A stretch of DNA of 64,000 bases. Source: Sporopachydermia quercuum (taxonomy: Eukaryota). Positions 25,290 through 37,178 of the stretch are shown here, one piece after another (positions within the stretch are counted from its first letter, which is position 1; every line of letters starts with the position of its first letter). The notes beneath the pieces were generated by a model, which did not search any database, was not told where the DNA came from, and saw nothing but the letters and a program-made list of their open reading frames with translations. The DNA lies in the NCBI GenBank assembly GCA_001599295.1, contig BCGN01000003.1, positions 496,001-560,000 of the forward strand. The letters are read 5' to 3'. A program made the position numbers and the translations under genes.

Positions 25290-27229
25290 TCACAGCAATC
25301 CTTGCTTGAGTAAACTATTATTCGACATATGTTAGTAACCAAATTCTAGTATCATGGAAAAAGTGTTTTAATTATTACGATCAGCCATAGTACTAACAAT
25401 AATGATAAATAATACCAAAATGAAATAATCAACATACTCTTTATAGATCTTTTCACTCATTACGTTTCCTTCGTCATCTTCCATTTCAACAGCATTCTTT
25501 CTCATATTTTCCTCTTGTCGTTTCTTTCTTTTTATTTTATCATTGACTATATATATTGCCATGTTAGTATTAGTAACGTATATTGCCTCTTTCGTCCAGC
25601 AGAAATAGAAACAATATCAAGAAACATCCAATAAAAGGGGGATAAAACAGATAACTTACGTTTTAGAGCATCAGATATGCTGGTAACATCTTTGAAAATC
25701 AAATTTGGTTCAATTCCAAGTTTTTTCAACCCCGCAATGTGTGTAGCTTCCATGAAATGTTTTTCAAACACTTTTCTACCGTTATAGACATGATTACCAC
25801 ATATCTCACATCTATACTCAATTCCAAGACCATGGAGTTTCCATAGCCAATAAGGAATTGGCCTCCCATCAGGGCCCATTGGTAATTTTAATGGATTATG
25901 AGTTTCATCTTCTTCATCGTCCGAGTTATCATCATAGCCATTAGTGAAAGAATCTGAATCATAATCAGATTCACGATCTATAGCTCTTAACTCGGATTCT
26001 CGTTCTTTAAAGGTTAATGCTTGTTTTCTCTCCACGTTCATTTTGGTATTTTTCAATTCCTTTGCTAAGAGTTCAACGACCTCTTTGATTTTATACTCAT
26101 GAAAGCTCACTGTTTTCTCTATAGCTCCCTTTCGATTACCATCTGTATGAGCGTTTGAAGGAAAATTATTTTGTTGAGAATTTGATGTCAATGGATCAGT
26201 TAAACAAGCTGCATTCCTCTTATGTTTCTTGCCATCCAAATGAGCTTTATAAACAGAATCTTTACTGAAAAGTTTATTACATGCTTTACAGAACACTTCC
26301 TCTGAAGAACTTCCGCTACTATTATTATTTTCTCCATCAGTAGATATTTCATTATTGGTGTTTTGCCCGCTGGTTTTCCTCTTCCATTGAGCCTCAAAAT
26401 TCTGCTCGATACTTCGAATAGAAGCATTAATATTACTTAGTGGATTGATCTTTCTATAGAAAGACTCCAGATATTGGTACTGATCTTTCACATAGGATAA
26501 ATACTCTGAAGTTTGGCCGTTTTTTCGTTCGTACTTTAAAGCATTCGAATAGATGGAACTATCAGAAAATTTATCAAAAACATCCAGGTATTCTCTGTAT
26601 TTTATAGTCTTCTTTTTAACTGCTTTCAAGTTCAAGAACCTTTCATGGAATGGAATCAAGTCTAAGAATCTACCATTCGACTCTTCATCAGAGAACATAC
26701 TTGGTAGACTGATATCAGAAGCAAAAGCACTTAAAGGAGTTGTCTTCTCTTTCTTTGTGATCTCTGCACTGGATTCGTTATCTTCATGGAGACTATTAAT
26801 GCTTTTTTTCGCTGATCCAATAGCATATAATGCTTGAAGGTTCTCTACTGCTTCATCGGGGTACTTCCTATGATGAACTTTCAAATCATCAATAGTTTGA
26901 AAGAAGTTCTTGAAGTCATGAATATTGTCTTCTACTCTATCGATATCAACCTTTCTATTCTTATAATTAATTGAATTTTCATCTGCGATGCTTTGTTGGA
27001 GAAATTGGATTAACTCCTTATGACGGGTTAAAAATTGTTTAACCTCATGTTGTTGGAGAAGTGTATGTTTATAACTTCTTTTTCGCCCTTCTAGAAAAGA
27101 AGTATCAACAATACCACTAGTCGTACCGGTATAAATTCCAGGGTTTTTTAAAAGTCGATCAGCAATAGCCTGTTCAATTCTTTCTAACTCTTCTAGTGCA
27201 GACCTTTGAACTTCAAGGAGGTTCGACAT
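25290..27229 (-). CDS. PRP9: U2 snRNP SF3a subunit Prp9/SF3A3, 3 exons
   Basis: Exons 27229-25660, 25546-25438 and 25314-25290. Introns 25659-25547 (GTAAGT) and 25437-25315 (GTATGT), both with TACTAAC. Motifs: NPLKLPMGPDGRPIPYWLWKLHGL, CEICGN zinc finger, spliced end EMEDDEGNVMSEKIYKDLLKQGLL*. Confidence 0.95.
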
Positions 27230-27859
27230 AATTGCTGTAAAGGTTTCCTATGAATAGTGAAAAGAAATGATGATACTGTCCCTTCTCTGGCTGAAATTTT
27301 TAGTCAATCTATTCAAAACCAGGAAATCAAGTTAATCAATATAAGTCTATAAAGATAGTTCGTAGGTAGCAGTAACTCATCAAAAGTAAATTAATGTATT
27401 ACAATATAGTAGCAAGCATGAATGTGATTAATGAAATACTTCTACAGAATAATTAAATGTCATTTTCACCCAGAAGAGAAACAATTTATTATTTGTTGAT
27501 TACATAATACAAAATTCAAATTTGCTTAGAATGATGATATTCGTATTCTATGTCACACCGTGATTTATCTCGCTGGAAGTTATTTTGTCCTTCCTTCCTT
27601 AATGTCATGTCATTCACATTCATAAGATACAATAGAGTAACTGTTGTTAGGTTACTTCCTTTATTGAGTGGGTTCCACCATCCTTCTTATGTTTTCTATT
27701 CCTCGTCTATTTAGTAAATCAGATTCAAACTACAAAATAATTGAAATATAGTCTCCAATCCAATGTTAACAATTATTATATTTGGTAGGTTCTTGACTGC
27801 TTACTTAGATAAACCATTGAGTTACTGTTGTATCAATATGTCAGTTATTGAAGTTACTC

Positions 27860-29584
27860 CTATTGCAGAACATTCAGAAAATCTGAGACTTTATCCAGTT
27901 TGAATGTTTGTTTAATGTTGGATTTGACTCCTTCTGTTTTAACCTCACTTTGAAGCGTATTTTGGTTTTCATTTTGTTTATTCTCTAATGAAAATCCATA
28001 CACATAATCTTGATACTCAGTTTCACTGTATAAATGGTCCGTAATCTTGCCATCATCACTTGGCATCTCAAATGATGATTCAGGAAATATTTTTCTGTCC
28101 CAATTAGTCAGATTTATGCCATCGTCATCCTCATGGATTACTTGATATAAATCATTGCTCTTCCAGTTCCAAATAAGATCAAACTTTTGTGGTACATCCT
28201 CAGCCAATTGACAATAATCTTGGTAGGTAAACCCTTGATGTAAATCGTCCAACCTCCTAGAATAGTTTTTCAAAGAGCACGAGAATCCTGGGCCATCTGA
28301 ACAACCAGGAATTGGATAGACTGCGTCATTTATCAATAATCTGACAAATAGTTTTCCGCTACAATTTAATCTCTCGTGAACAATCTTTGCACCCATCGGA
28401 GTAATCTCGCTCACTCGGAAAGGATGTAAGATATCAACTTGATTCGACGTCATGTTCACTTTATTTTGCTTGTCATTAGTGAACAATCCCAAACCAGTGA
28501 GCATAAAAATTAAGTCAGTATCATGCATAAAATTAAATACAAGATTTGATGCTGGTTCCCCCTCAGTCTCACTGAACAGTTTAACAATAACATTGGGTGT
28601 AATCGATCCAATGATTTCCACNGGTGCAATATTATTGTTGAGCTTATCTTTACCATCAACATATCCATAAGAATTCTTGTAGAATTCAATGTAAGAGACA
28701 TGATAAGAATAATGTATCCAATCATCGATAGTTAATAAATTGCAGAATGGTGAATGTCCCTTTACGTTTAATTCGAACGAGCATATTTGGAAAAACGAAA
28801 AAACATCTTTCTTATTAAAGCTGAAGCCATCCACCAAATTATTGAACTTTTCCTTTAAATCATCTAGATATTGATCATTGAAAAGTCGAAGTTTTTCTTT
28901 TAGCAGATCATTANCTCCTTTATAACTTCTACAACTACCTTTTGGTGTTAATGTGTTTGATCCGACTGTTTCGTCCTCAGGAACCACAACAATTGGAGAG
29001 TATTTCAAGTTTTTACTTGAAAAGAACCCAAATGCAAAATTAATTGCGGTGTCAACCACTCTTTTTGATTTGCTGGCAAATATTGGTACTTCAACTGAAT
29101 TGTTCCATAAACTTATATACCGAGCTCTTATTTTGGTTCCCATGTTATAGCCGTTAGCTACGCCAGCGTATGGTCCGCTGAAGGTTTCCTGTTCTAATAG
29201 ATCATTAGCATTTTCATCAGTAATGAAGGGCTTGTAATGAGTTAAAAACTGGAATGGTCCTAAAGATTCTACTCCGAGTTTCTCGTAATTTTGCAACTTT
29301 TTCAGTGTCTTTCTAATATGTTTGTAAACTTTCCTTGTAGGATACCTTTCACCATGCCTCATTGCAAAATGGACTTTATCCACTTTACATTGTGAAGGAG
29401 TATCCAAAGAAACTCCATAGCCATTGAAAGGTACAAAAGGTCCACATTTACCTGAATATCTCAGGATATTATACTGGTCCAAAGCTGTTTGAGTATACGT
29501 TCCTTGAAATCCATTCCATTGAGAATCTAATGGTATTGAATACACGATACTCAGCTGTATCAGAAATAGAGTTATAATTTTCAT
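27860..29584 (-). CDS. Secreted histidine acid phosphatase/phytase (Pho5-like)
   Basis: Signal-peptide-like N-terminus, RHGERYP, HDTD, and VRLLINDAVYPIPGCSDGPGFSC. Confidence 0.92.
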   Translation of the reverse strand: MKIITLFLIQLSIVYSIPLDSQWNGFQGTYTQTALDQYNILRYSGKCGPFVPFNGYGVSLDTPSQCKVDKVHFAMRHGERYPTRKVYKHIRKTLKKLQNYEKLGVESLGPFQFLTHYKPFITDENANDLLEQETFSGPYAGVANGYNMGTKIRARYISLWNNSVEVPIFASKSKRVVDTAINFAFGFFSSKNLKYSPIVVVPEDETVGSNTLTPKGSCRSYKGXNDLLKEKLRLFNDQYLDDLKEKFNNLVDGFSFNKKDVFSFFQICSFELNVKGHSPFCNLLTIDDWIHYSYHVSYIEFYKNSYGYVDGKDKLNNNIAXVEIIGSITPNVIVKLFSETEGEPASNLVFNFMHDTDLIFMLTGLGLFTNDKQNKVNMTSNQVDILHPFRVSEITPMGAKIVHERLNCSGKLFVRLLINDAVYPIPGCSDGPGFSCSLKNYSRRLDDLHQGFTYQDYCQLAEDVPQKFDLIWNWKSNDLYQVIHEDDDGINLTNWDRKIFPESSFEMPSDDGKITDHLYSETEYQDYVYGFSLENKQNENQNTLQSEVKTEGVKSNIKQTFKLDKVSDFLNVLQ

Positions 29585-31071
29585 GATAAAGCTTCTAATA
29601 CGCAGTAGCTAAATTATTTCACACCGATTTCACGTCAAATAACAGCCACAATAGTAGATATTTTAATAGATAAAGAAGTACCAAAAATTCGGAGGAAGAA
29701 AACTTTTTGAAAAAGATTTGAAGAAAGAGCTTTCTCTGCCTAGATTAATTGTTCAGATGAGATAATTTACATGATAGGTAATATCGAATAAAGTTTTAGA
29801 GAACTCATTAGTTTATAAACTTTATTAAAGCTTTGTAGACAATAATTCTTTCCACAAAGAATTTCTCATCGATTCTTGAACAGTAATTTGTTTCTGTTGC
29901 AGCAGTAGAAACAAAAATACATTTGCCATAATACTAAGCTTTTTGTTTTATATTCAATGAATGATGATATGTATTTTACATAAATATGTCAACATACTGG
30001 CTGTTCTATAGAACGTGTAGACAATAAGTTTAACCATTAAGGTTAAACTCTATAACCACTAAAGTAGACTTTATTCATTCTAAAACTATAGAAGACTTCT
30101 ATGCTACCCCTTGCAATAAATATTTGGTTTCTCTTAAACCAAATTGCTCTAACCTTTCTTTCTTCTTTNTCTCTTTCAGCAGCTTAACTTGTTAACTTGA
30201 AATATTCCAAAAACTGTACAGGATTTGAAGCCTTTTATGCTTTCCTAAATCTCTCTTTATCATATCCCAACTTTAATCTTCTCTGTTGCACGTTGTCAGT
30301 TTAAAGGAAATCCTCTGAGGTTATTTCAAACCTTAATTGACGAGAAGCAATACATAGAAGCATAGAAGATGTGTCATTCTTGACAGTTTTCGTATCAATT
30401 TCTCCTTACCATCACAAATAATTAGAAAGGGAGAACAAGTGAAAAGAAAGCAAAAGATGTGATACAAAAAGAAAGACAAAATTGGAAAAGAAAAAGTGAA
30501 AAAGAAGGGAGATACGAAAAGAAAAGAGGAAGATAAAATCCCGAATGCCCAGGATTAAGATGAGGGAATGCACTGTTCAAACAACAGCTAGAATATACAT
30601 AAATAAATATAAAACTTTCATTGTTTTTCATAATTTCTGATATTTCATATCTTGTGATAACGACTGATTGCATATATTTGACGAAAGTTCGAAAGTTATT
30701 ATTCTCGTCTTCTAAGTTCAAAAATTCCCTGACACTTAATTTTCAGAAAATCTTCATGCATATGATAATGTTAATTCTGCTGAATACTGTACGTAAAAAT
30801 ATTAAACATGAGTAGATCGACAACACAATAAGGAAGTCATCTCTAATCGCTCAACATTTTCGAAAATATATTTGATATGCAGTTTAAGAGATATTTCATT
30901 ATTCATCATTAATATATTATTCAACTACTATAATTCCCTATTCCTATAACATATCCATAATACAACCCAAGTAATCATATTCATCTTTTTATCTATCATA
31001 TAGTCTCGCGATTAATATCCCAATTATTATAAAATGCCCACTTCCATCGTTCGTTGTTGATGGCTACCTAT

Positions 31072-33729
31072 TCAAGTCAATTGAAAAGTTTTACGTTTAT
31101 TTTTAGCCAATGGTGAGGAATTTATATCCATTGCGATATCAGATTCATTGTCGGTTTTTCCTTCGATGTACATATCAGCATCATCATCCTGTGGGTTACT
31201 CTTTTTGAAGTACTTTGAAAGATCCATCTCTACAAAAGATCTAGCCTTATGAAGGGGATTACGTGATAGTTTTCTTTTCCTGTCGGTTCGTTGAATTATA
31301 GGAGAGGAATCTAATGTATTGGCCGAACCATCAAACTCNCCAGACACTAAATCAACTTCATCACGTTGTGTGCTAACAGGACTAGCTTCAAGTAAGGCAC
31401 TAGAGGTTGGTTTAGGCAATGATTTGGTCAACGGCACAGCCTTTGTTCTACGCATACTTGGAGTTTCTATCACTTGAACTTTCTCTCTTTCCTTTCGCTT
31501 CTTTCTGATAGTTTTACTTCTTTCCGTAAAACTAGATAATTGATCTTTCTCTTGTTCTGCTTCCCTTAGAATATTATATCGGTTAGGCTTGGCAATATTC
31601 TTGATAGCTTCAGAAATCATTCTTGTATCAGCAGTTTTCGTCCTTCGTTTGAATTTCGTTCTACTTGAAAGAACTTCCTTGTTTTCATCTGTTTGAGATC
31701 NATTTGGCTGATTAGAAGCCAATGATTTGGCCTTAAAATCAACTTCAACGGTTCTCATTTGCAGAGACTTTCTCGACGTATATGATGAGAACGAATCGCG
31801 TCCCACAGAATCTAATAATGATGTACTTCTCTTGAGAGAATTTGTTCCTGGTACACCGTATGAGAACTTTTGAGTACTAATATTGCTGTTACTAATATCA
31901 TTCATGCTATGTTTATGATTGTTTTTGTCTGGTATCAGCCCATCAGTGCTTGAAGATGTTTGCTCGGACGGTCCTATGGTTGCCGGGTTTATGATGAGAT
32001 CTACAGATTCTTTTCTCATATTTTGATTGGATTGAATGATCTCATCAATTGACAAATTCATTTCCTTCCTTGTATCTTGAGAGCTAATCAAACTCGGGTC
32101 TACACGTGTTTTTTCTTCTAAGCTCTCACTCACACTGAAATTAGAACCAACTTTTGTGTAACAGTTCTCAGCTGCTGTGTCGCTAGAAAGAAATTCTCTT
32201 CTGCTCGTCAATTTGATTGATCCTTTGATACTTGGACTTATTCTTGGTCTACTTTTGGTGCCAGGTGTTGAGCCATCTTTTCTTGAATCGGTTTCTTTCT
32301 TGGATACTTTAGAGCTATCTTCTGTTTTTTTTGTCGATGGCTTCCTATTCTCAAATGAAGGACCATCTGATCTTTTCAACAATCTAAAAGTCAAAGAAGA
32401 AAGTTGTGTACCGTAATAAGGCATTATAACTTCATGGCATAAATTTTGAACACTCATTAATTCCATTATGTTCCCCACTTTTTTCACTGGGGAAGCTTCA
32501 TTCGAATTGGGTCCTTTTGTTCCTGAGGTACTACTTAGCAATTCAATACCAAGAATTTCCCAAATGCACAACCTATCAAAGTATGCCTCAACCAGCAATG
32601 TAAAATTATTTTGCTGCTTGTTCGACTCTGGATCCTTTTCCTTTGTGCTTTCTAAATTTTTATTTCTTTTTGAGGATGAGGCTACTGGATTAAATAAAGA
32701 CCCACCATTGAGTTGGACTCTTTGTGGTTTCTTTTTTGCTACCTCTTTGAAAGTCTCACTCCAGTAGCTTCTAACAACAGCATCATCATCTTTATGTGAT
32801 TTTAACCGTTGCTTGATAACACATAGTTCTAAAGCAATTNTCAACTGCATTTGGGCTTCTCTGATTTTCACTCTGTTACCACACAATTTAATGAAAGAGT
32901 CCAACTCAGAAGCTCCCAAAGTATCTTTTCCGTGGAACACGTTATCAATCCAATTACGTAAGTATAGCATCTCTTTGTCATCAGCAATCAGATCCTCACC
33001 AGAGAAGTACTCTCTCAAGTGGGAGAATAACTCTATTTGCCTAGCTTCAAACTCTTTTACGCTTAGAGAAACGGCCTTCAACAAATCCGTTAGGTAGAGA
33101 AGATAACCAAACTCTCCACGAGGTGCCTGCATATTTATCTCACGACTTATGGTACGCATTTTGCTAAGGGTTCCTTTGACGAAGTATATCAATGGTGTTT
33201 CCAGGTAAAGCATTTCAAAGTATCTGGATCTGAGCTCTTCCAGCATTGCTGAAGGAGATTGAATAGGTTCGTCAGCCTGAATTACTTTTGAAGATGATTT
33301 TCCAGATAAGCGCCATGGCTGAGATTTCCTCCGTAAACTTGATATATCTACTTTGGATTCGGTGATCAGTCGGTCCAAATCAACTGTAGTAGTAACATTA
33401 TTAGTAACATCGGTATTGGAGCTTGACAAAAGCTTTGTAGGACGAGTTGTGAGGTAGTAGGAATACAATTCAGGGTCAGAAATCTGAATACTGCAAGCNA
33501 TACCTTCATTGACTTTTTGAATGATATTCACTGCTGGCCGTAAGGAGTCTGTATGAGCAAAGTACAGATCATCAAGCAACACATTTTGATTTAGGATCTT
33601 TAGATATTTGGGTTTACAATCTTCGCACAGTTGAATTATACGTGATACTATTCTCAGCGGATGACTTGATTTCAATAGTGTTAGTGTCACAGTTTCACTG
33701 GTCTTTGTATCTACGAATCGACAGCTCAT
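31072..33729 (-). CDS. SLD3: DNA replication initiation factor Sld3
   Basis: LRSRYFEMLY...YFVKGTLSKMR, KIREAQMQL.IALE, FDRLCIW and C.EVIMPYY match the Sld3 core as I recall it. The basic disordered tail has S/T-P sites. An MCB element lies upstream. Confidence 0.8.
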   Translation of the reverse strand: MSCRFVDTKTSETVTLTLLKSSHPLRIVSRIIQLCEDCKPKYLKILNQNVLLDDLYFAHTDSLRPAVNIIQKVNEGXACSIQISDPELYSYYLTTRPTKLLSSSNTDVTNNVTTTVDLDRLITESKVDISSLRRKSQPWRLSGKSSSKVIQADEPIQSPSAMLEELRSRYFEMLYLETPLIYFVKGTLSKMRTISREINMQAPRGEFGYLLYLTDLLKAVSLSVKEFEARQIELFSHLREYFSGEDLIADDKEMLYLRNWIDNVFHGKDTLGASELDSFIKLCGNRVKIREAQMQLXIALELCVIKQRLKSHKDDDAVVRSYWSETFKEVAKKKPQRVQLNGGSLFNPVASSSKRNKNLESTKEKDPESNKQQNNFTLLVEAYFDRLCIWEILGIELLSSTSGTKGPNSNEASPVKKVGNIMELMSVQNLCHEVIMPYYGTQLSSLTFRLLKRSDGPSFENRKPSTKKTEDSSKVSKKETDSRKDGSTPGTKSRPRISPSIKGSIKLTSRREFLSSDTAAENCYTKVGSNFSVSESLEEKTRVDPSLISSQDTRKEMNLSIDEIIQSNQNMRKESVDLIINPATIGPSEQTSSSTDGLIPDKNNHKHSMNDISNSNISTQKFSYGVPGTNSLKRSTSLLDSVGRDSFSSYTSRKSLQMRTVEVDFKAKSLASNQPNXSQTDENKEVLSSRTKFKRRTKTADTRMISEAIKNIAKPNRYNILREAEQEKDQLSSFTERSKTIRKKRKEREKVQVIETPSMRRTKAVPLTKSLPKPTSSALLEASPVSTQRDEVDLVSXEFDGSANTLDSSPIIQRTDRKRKLSRNPLHKARSFVEMDLSKYFKKSNPQDDDADMYIEGKTDNESDIAMDINSSPLAKNKRKTFQLT

Positions 33730-34022
33730 TTCTCATGATCTCATGATCTTCCTGTGGCTGTATTGACAGGTCGATATATTAACGTTTTAAACACGAATGC
33801 AACTTGTAAAGAGTTCTTTTCTTTGAACGACTCGTCTGAACTTGCCAAAGAACCAATTTCAAACCGATTAGGAGAAAATAGATATATATTTATATTCTGT
33901 ATGCATTCTAACTTGCTCTTCTTCTCATCCTTTCTTTACCTGGTTTTCGTTATCTCGTCATAAAATCATAGAATAATAGAGTAGTTGCCTTTTCAGGAAG
34001 CAAATTAATCGGAGACAGGAAA

Positions 34023-34028
34023 ACGCGT
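34023..34028. promoter_or_regulatory. MCB element (ACGCGT) upstream of SLD3
   Basis: AAACGCGTTT about 300 bp upstream of the SLD3 ATG, consistent with G1/S (MBF) control. Confidence 0.5.
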
Positions 34029-35114
34029 TTCTTGTTGCTGTCTCAAAACACATAACTTATATTCTCTCACGTTTAAACTCTAAAATAAAGTTCTGTTTAT
34101 AAAAACCCTAATTAACAAATTGATCAACTTTAAATTGGCTCTACTATTACACTCAGAAGACATTTATCCACTTTCAAAAAAAAGAAACTATTGAATTGAA
34201 TCTCATATTAAAATGCCTAGACGAAAAAGCAAATAGCGATAGAATTAACACACGTTCAACCAAGCAAACATACCAAGAGATAGATAGCGATCATCCCTTG
34301 ATAGCGATCAAGTAACAAAACAAAGAAATGAACGAGAGAACACGGTGTAAGTGTATCCAAGAGAGAAAAGAGAGAAATAAATAGATAATCAATCAGTAAA
34401 AAGAAGAAAAAATCACTTGAAGTGAAAGGAAATTAAAGAACAGGAAACTTCAAGCAATAGCAATTATTAAACAGAAAATAATAAACATCCAAGACTTCGA
34501 TCATAAATTAAAAAAAAAAAGTTATTAGGTAATTGAGCCCACATTACCAGAAAGCTCTTATACCATTTCTGAGGACTTGAATTTTTTTCATCAATTATTT
34601 TTTTTGCTATCTTTTTTGCATTATAAACCTTTTAATCTTTAGTCGAATTGATTTTTTATTTGAATTTAGTTGTTTTTGTTGTAAATTTTTTTTTTTTTAA
34701 ATTTTTTAAATCTTNTATATTAAGATTATGTTGAGATAATTCAGAAAGAAGAACTGACAGATCCACCAGAATGAAGTTTTACCTAACGCTTGATTCTTCT
34801 GGTGGTCAGTTTATAAGGATATCCAATTACAAATCCCAGGACGCAGGCAGATACTATTCACATGGTCGAATTAAATCAGTATTTCATTTCAAAACACTTC
34901 ATAATTCCTGATTGAAAAGGTCTGTTCCGTTGTTTCGAACTAGATAAGGTAAACGCGTAAATTAAAAGTATAACGATATCACTTTTCAAGTCATAAAGGC
35001 TCCAAAGCATTATTGAAAATACATATAATCCACAGTGGAAAATTGTACATCAACAATCTACTAGATCAAGATTCAATAATTTCAAAACAAAAAAGGCACA
35101 ACTTCACGAAAACA

Positions 35115-37178
35115 TCAATTTTCAGTGGTTGTAACGGTTGTATCAGCAGTGATTGTATTAGCTACTGGTTCTTCTTCACTAGCCTCAGCATCCTCTCCTG
35201 TAGTTTCATCCCTTCCATTATCCGTTCGTTCTTTAGCCGGTAATACCCACTGTTGCCAGTTGACAGCAAGTCTGATCTTCTTACCTTTCACTTCAAGGTT
35301 AGGACAGAATTCTAAACTTTCCAACAAAGCATTGTAATTTCCGCCTGTTAATGACTTTAGTCTGTTGAAATTTGAAATCAATTCTAAAGAAACAAAACCT
35401 TCAGAGTTCATTTGGCGACGGAAAAACATATCCTTACACAAGTTCTCAACAGAGAAGTAATAACTGACTTGTTGAGCAATAGCTATCCTTGAATCAGAGA
35501 CAACACCAGGAATAGCTTGAGCGGCTGCGAGAACAGCAGCATTGGGACCAGTACCAAATGATGGGGAAGAGTTAATATTAGAAACCATAGGGGGCATAGT
35601 ATAGTAAGGAGAATAAACGTAGTCAACAGGAACATATTGGAAGTTACCACCAGATGGTACACTGAAATGACGACTGTTTTTGCTTCCAGGAGTACTGCTG
35701 TTGCTATTACCACTGTTATGTCTATTTGACGAGCCACCTGCACCGTTTGCAGGGTATTGCGGGTAGTAAGGAATGTACTGGGGAACAACGCCTTGAGTGG
35801 TATAATAACCGTTGGGTAATCTTTGGTTGTTGTAAGTTCCGTTGGGGGCAGAGTTTCTGTGATTGAAACCAGTGTTGAAGTTTGCTGCGTTTCCATTGCT
35901 AGTGCCACTGCCGCTAGTTTTACCAGCAGAAGCACCAACAGGAGGAGTACCCGTTGCAGCAAAAGGTGCAGCATTAGCAGCAGATTGAGGAATAGCATAA
36001 TACCCACCATAAGGGAATGGTTGTCCCATGGCATATGGAGAAGCACTATTCTGTCGCACTCTATGCTGTTTATTATGTGATTTATTATATCCATTAGACT
36101 TTTGATATCGGCCATTATGATGATTGAATGATTGTGCATCTCCAGCTTGAGCAGCATTCTCTGTAACAGCTTTTCCACTTGGAACAGTAGAGGGAGACAA
36201 GGATCTGTCCTTATCATCAGACTCTGTACTTTCCTCACCACCTTCAATTCTTTCTATTTCAGCTTCATTATTCTTTGAAACGTCTTTAATTTCTTCCTTT
36301 CCAACAGTTTCATCAACTGAATTTTCAGAAACATGTGATACTTCTTTACTAGTCTTAGCACTTGACTTGTTCTTCTCATCACCTACAACATTTTCACTTT
36401 GGATATTATTGTTATTAGGCTGAGTGGTGCTTCCGGAATGATTCACCTTCTTCTTCCTATCTGAAGATCTGCCCTTTTCGCTCTGGTTGTTCTTATTTGA
36501 TTTACTTTTTTTGGAATCATTCTGTTTCCTACTCTTATTCTTATTACCATTTGATCCAGAGTTAGCATTAGAATGTTTTTGAGTCTTGCCATAGTCAAAA
36601 GATACATTAGCTTCATATGGGAGCCATTTTTCTTTACCACTGCTACTCATTTTCAGTTTCACTGGATGTGTTGGAGGTGCATGAGAGGCAGAAGAGATCT
36701 TTTCATCAGGAGCTGGCCAATTAGCAGTATCATGCAAAACAGGAGCAGGAGTTGAGTTTATATCAGTCCCCTTAGACTTCTTCTTATGCGTAGAAGCAGG
36801 AGGCTGTGAAGCATAGACTTTGTTGCTACTCGTTGTGGATTGTGACTTCGCTTTATCTTTTTCGCTCAAAGAGAGAGAGGAAAGTGAAGAAGCTAAGGAT
36901 TGAGAGCTTTTGGATTTTTGATGCCATGGGTTAACATCTGGGACAGGTGCTGGGGTTAATGTTTGTTTTATGCTTTCAGCGATAGATGATTCGACCATGT
37001 TTTCTTCTGCCGCTTCGTTACTCACTTCCTTGTTTGATTCGAAATCCTTTTTCGTTGGTTCAATCGCCTTTTGTTTGGATACTTTACTCACTGACTTCTC
37101 AATGGGAACAGATGCAGGAGTAGTAGCAGAAGAGGTCGTCAAAACATCAACTGGCGTTGATTCAATTTCAGCTGACAT
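35115..37178 (-). CDS. La-motif RNA-binding protein (Sro9/Slf1-like)
   Basis: First ATG at 37178 (MSAEIES). LTPAPVP.VNPW, WP.P and GKEKW motifs. C-terminal La motif IAQQVSYYFSVENLCKDMFFRRQMNSEGFV.L.LI.NFNRLK. Confidence 0.88.
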   Translation of the reverse strand: MSAEIESTPVDVLTTSSATTPASVPIEKSVSKVSKQKAIEPTKKDFESNKEVSNEAAEENMVESSIAESIKQTLTPAPVPDVNPWHQKSKSSQSLASSLSSLSLSEKDKAKSQSTTSSNKVYASQPPASTHKKKSKGTDINSTPAPVLHDTANWPAPDEKISSASHAPPTHPVKLKMSSSGKEKWLPYEANVSFDYGKTQKHSNANSGSNGNKNKSRKQNDSKKSKSNKNNQSEKGRSSDRKKKVNHSGSTTQPNNNNIQSENVVGDEKNKSSAKTSKEVSHVSENSVDETVGKEEIKDVSKNNEAEIERIEGGEESTESDDKDRSLSPSTVPSGKAVTENAAQAGDAQSFNHHNGRYQKSNGYNKSHNKQHRVRQNSASPYAMGQPFPYGGYYAIPQSAANAAPFAATGTPPVGASAGKTSGSGTSNGNAANFNTGFNHRNSAPNGTYNNQRLPNGYYTTQGVVPQYIPYYPQYPANGAGGSSNRHNSGNSNSSTPGSKNSRHFSVPSGGNFQYVPVDYVYSPYYTMPPMVSNINSSPSFGTGPNAAVLAAAQAIPGVVSDSRIAIAQQVSYYFSVENLCKDMFFRRQMNSEGFVSLELISNFNRLKSLTGGNYNALLESLEFCPNLEVKGKKIRLAVNWQQWVLPAKERTDNGRDETTGEDAEASEEEPVANTITADTTVTTTEN

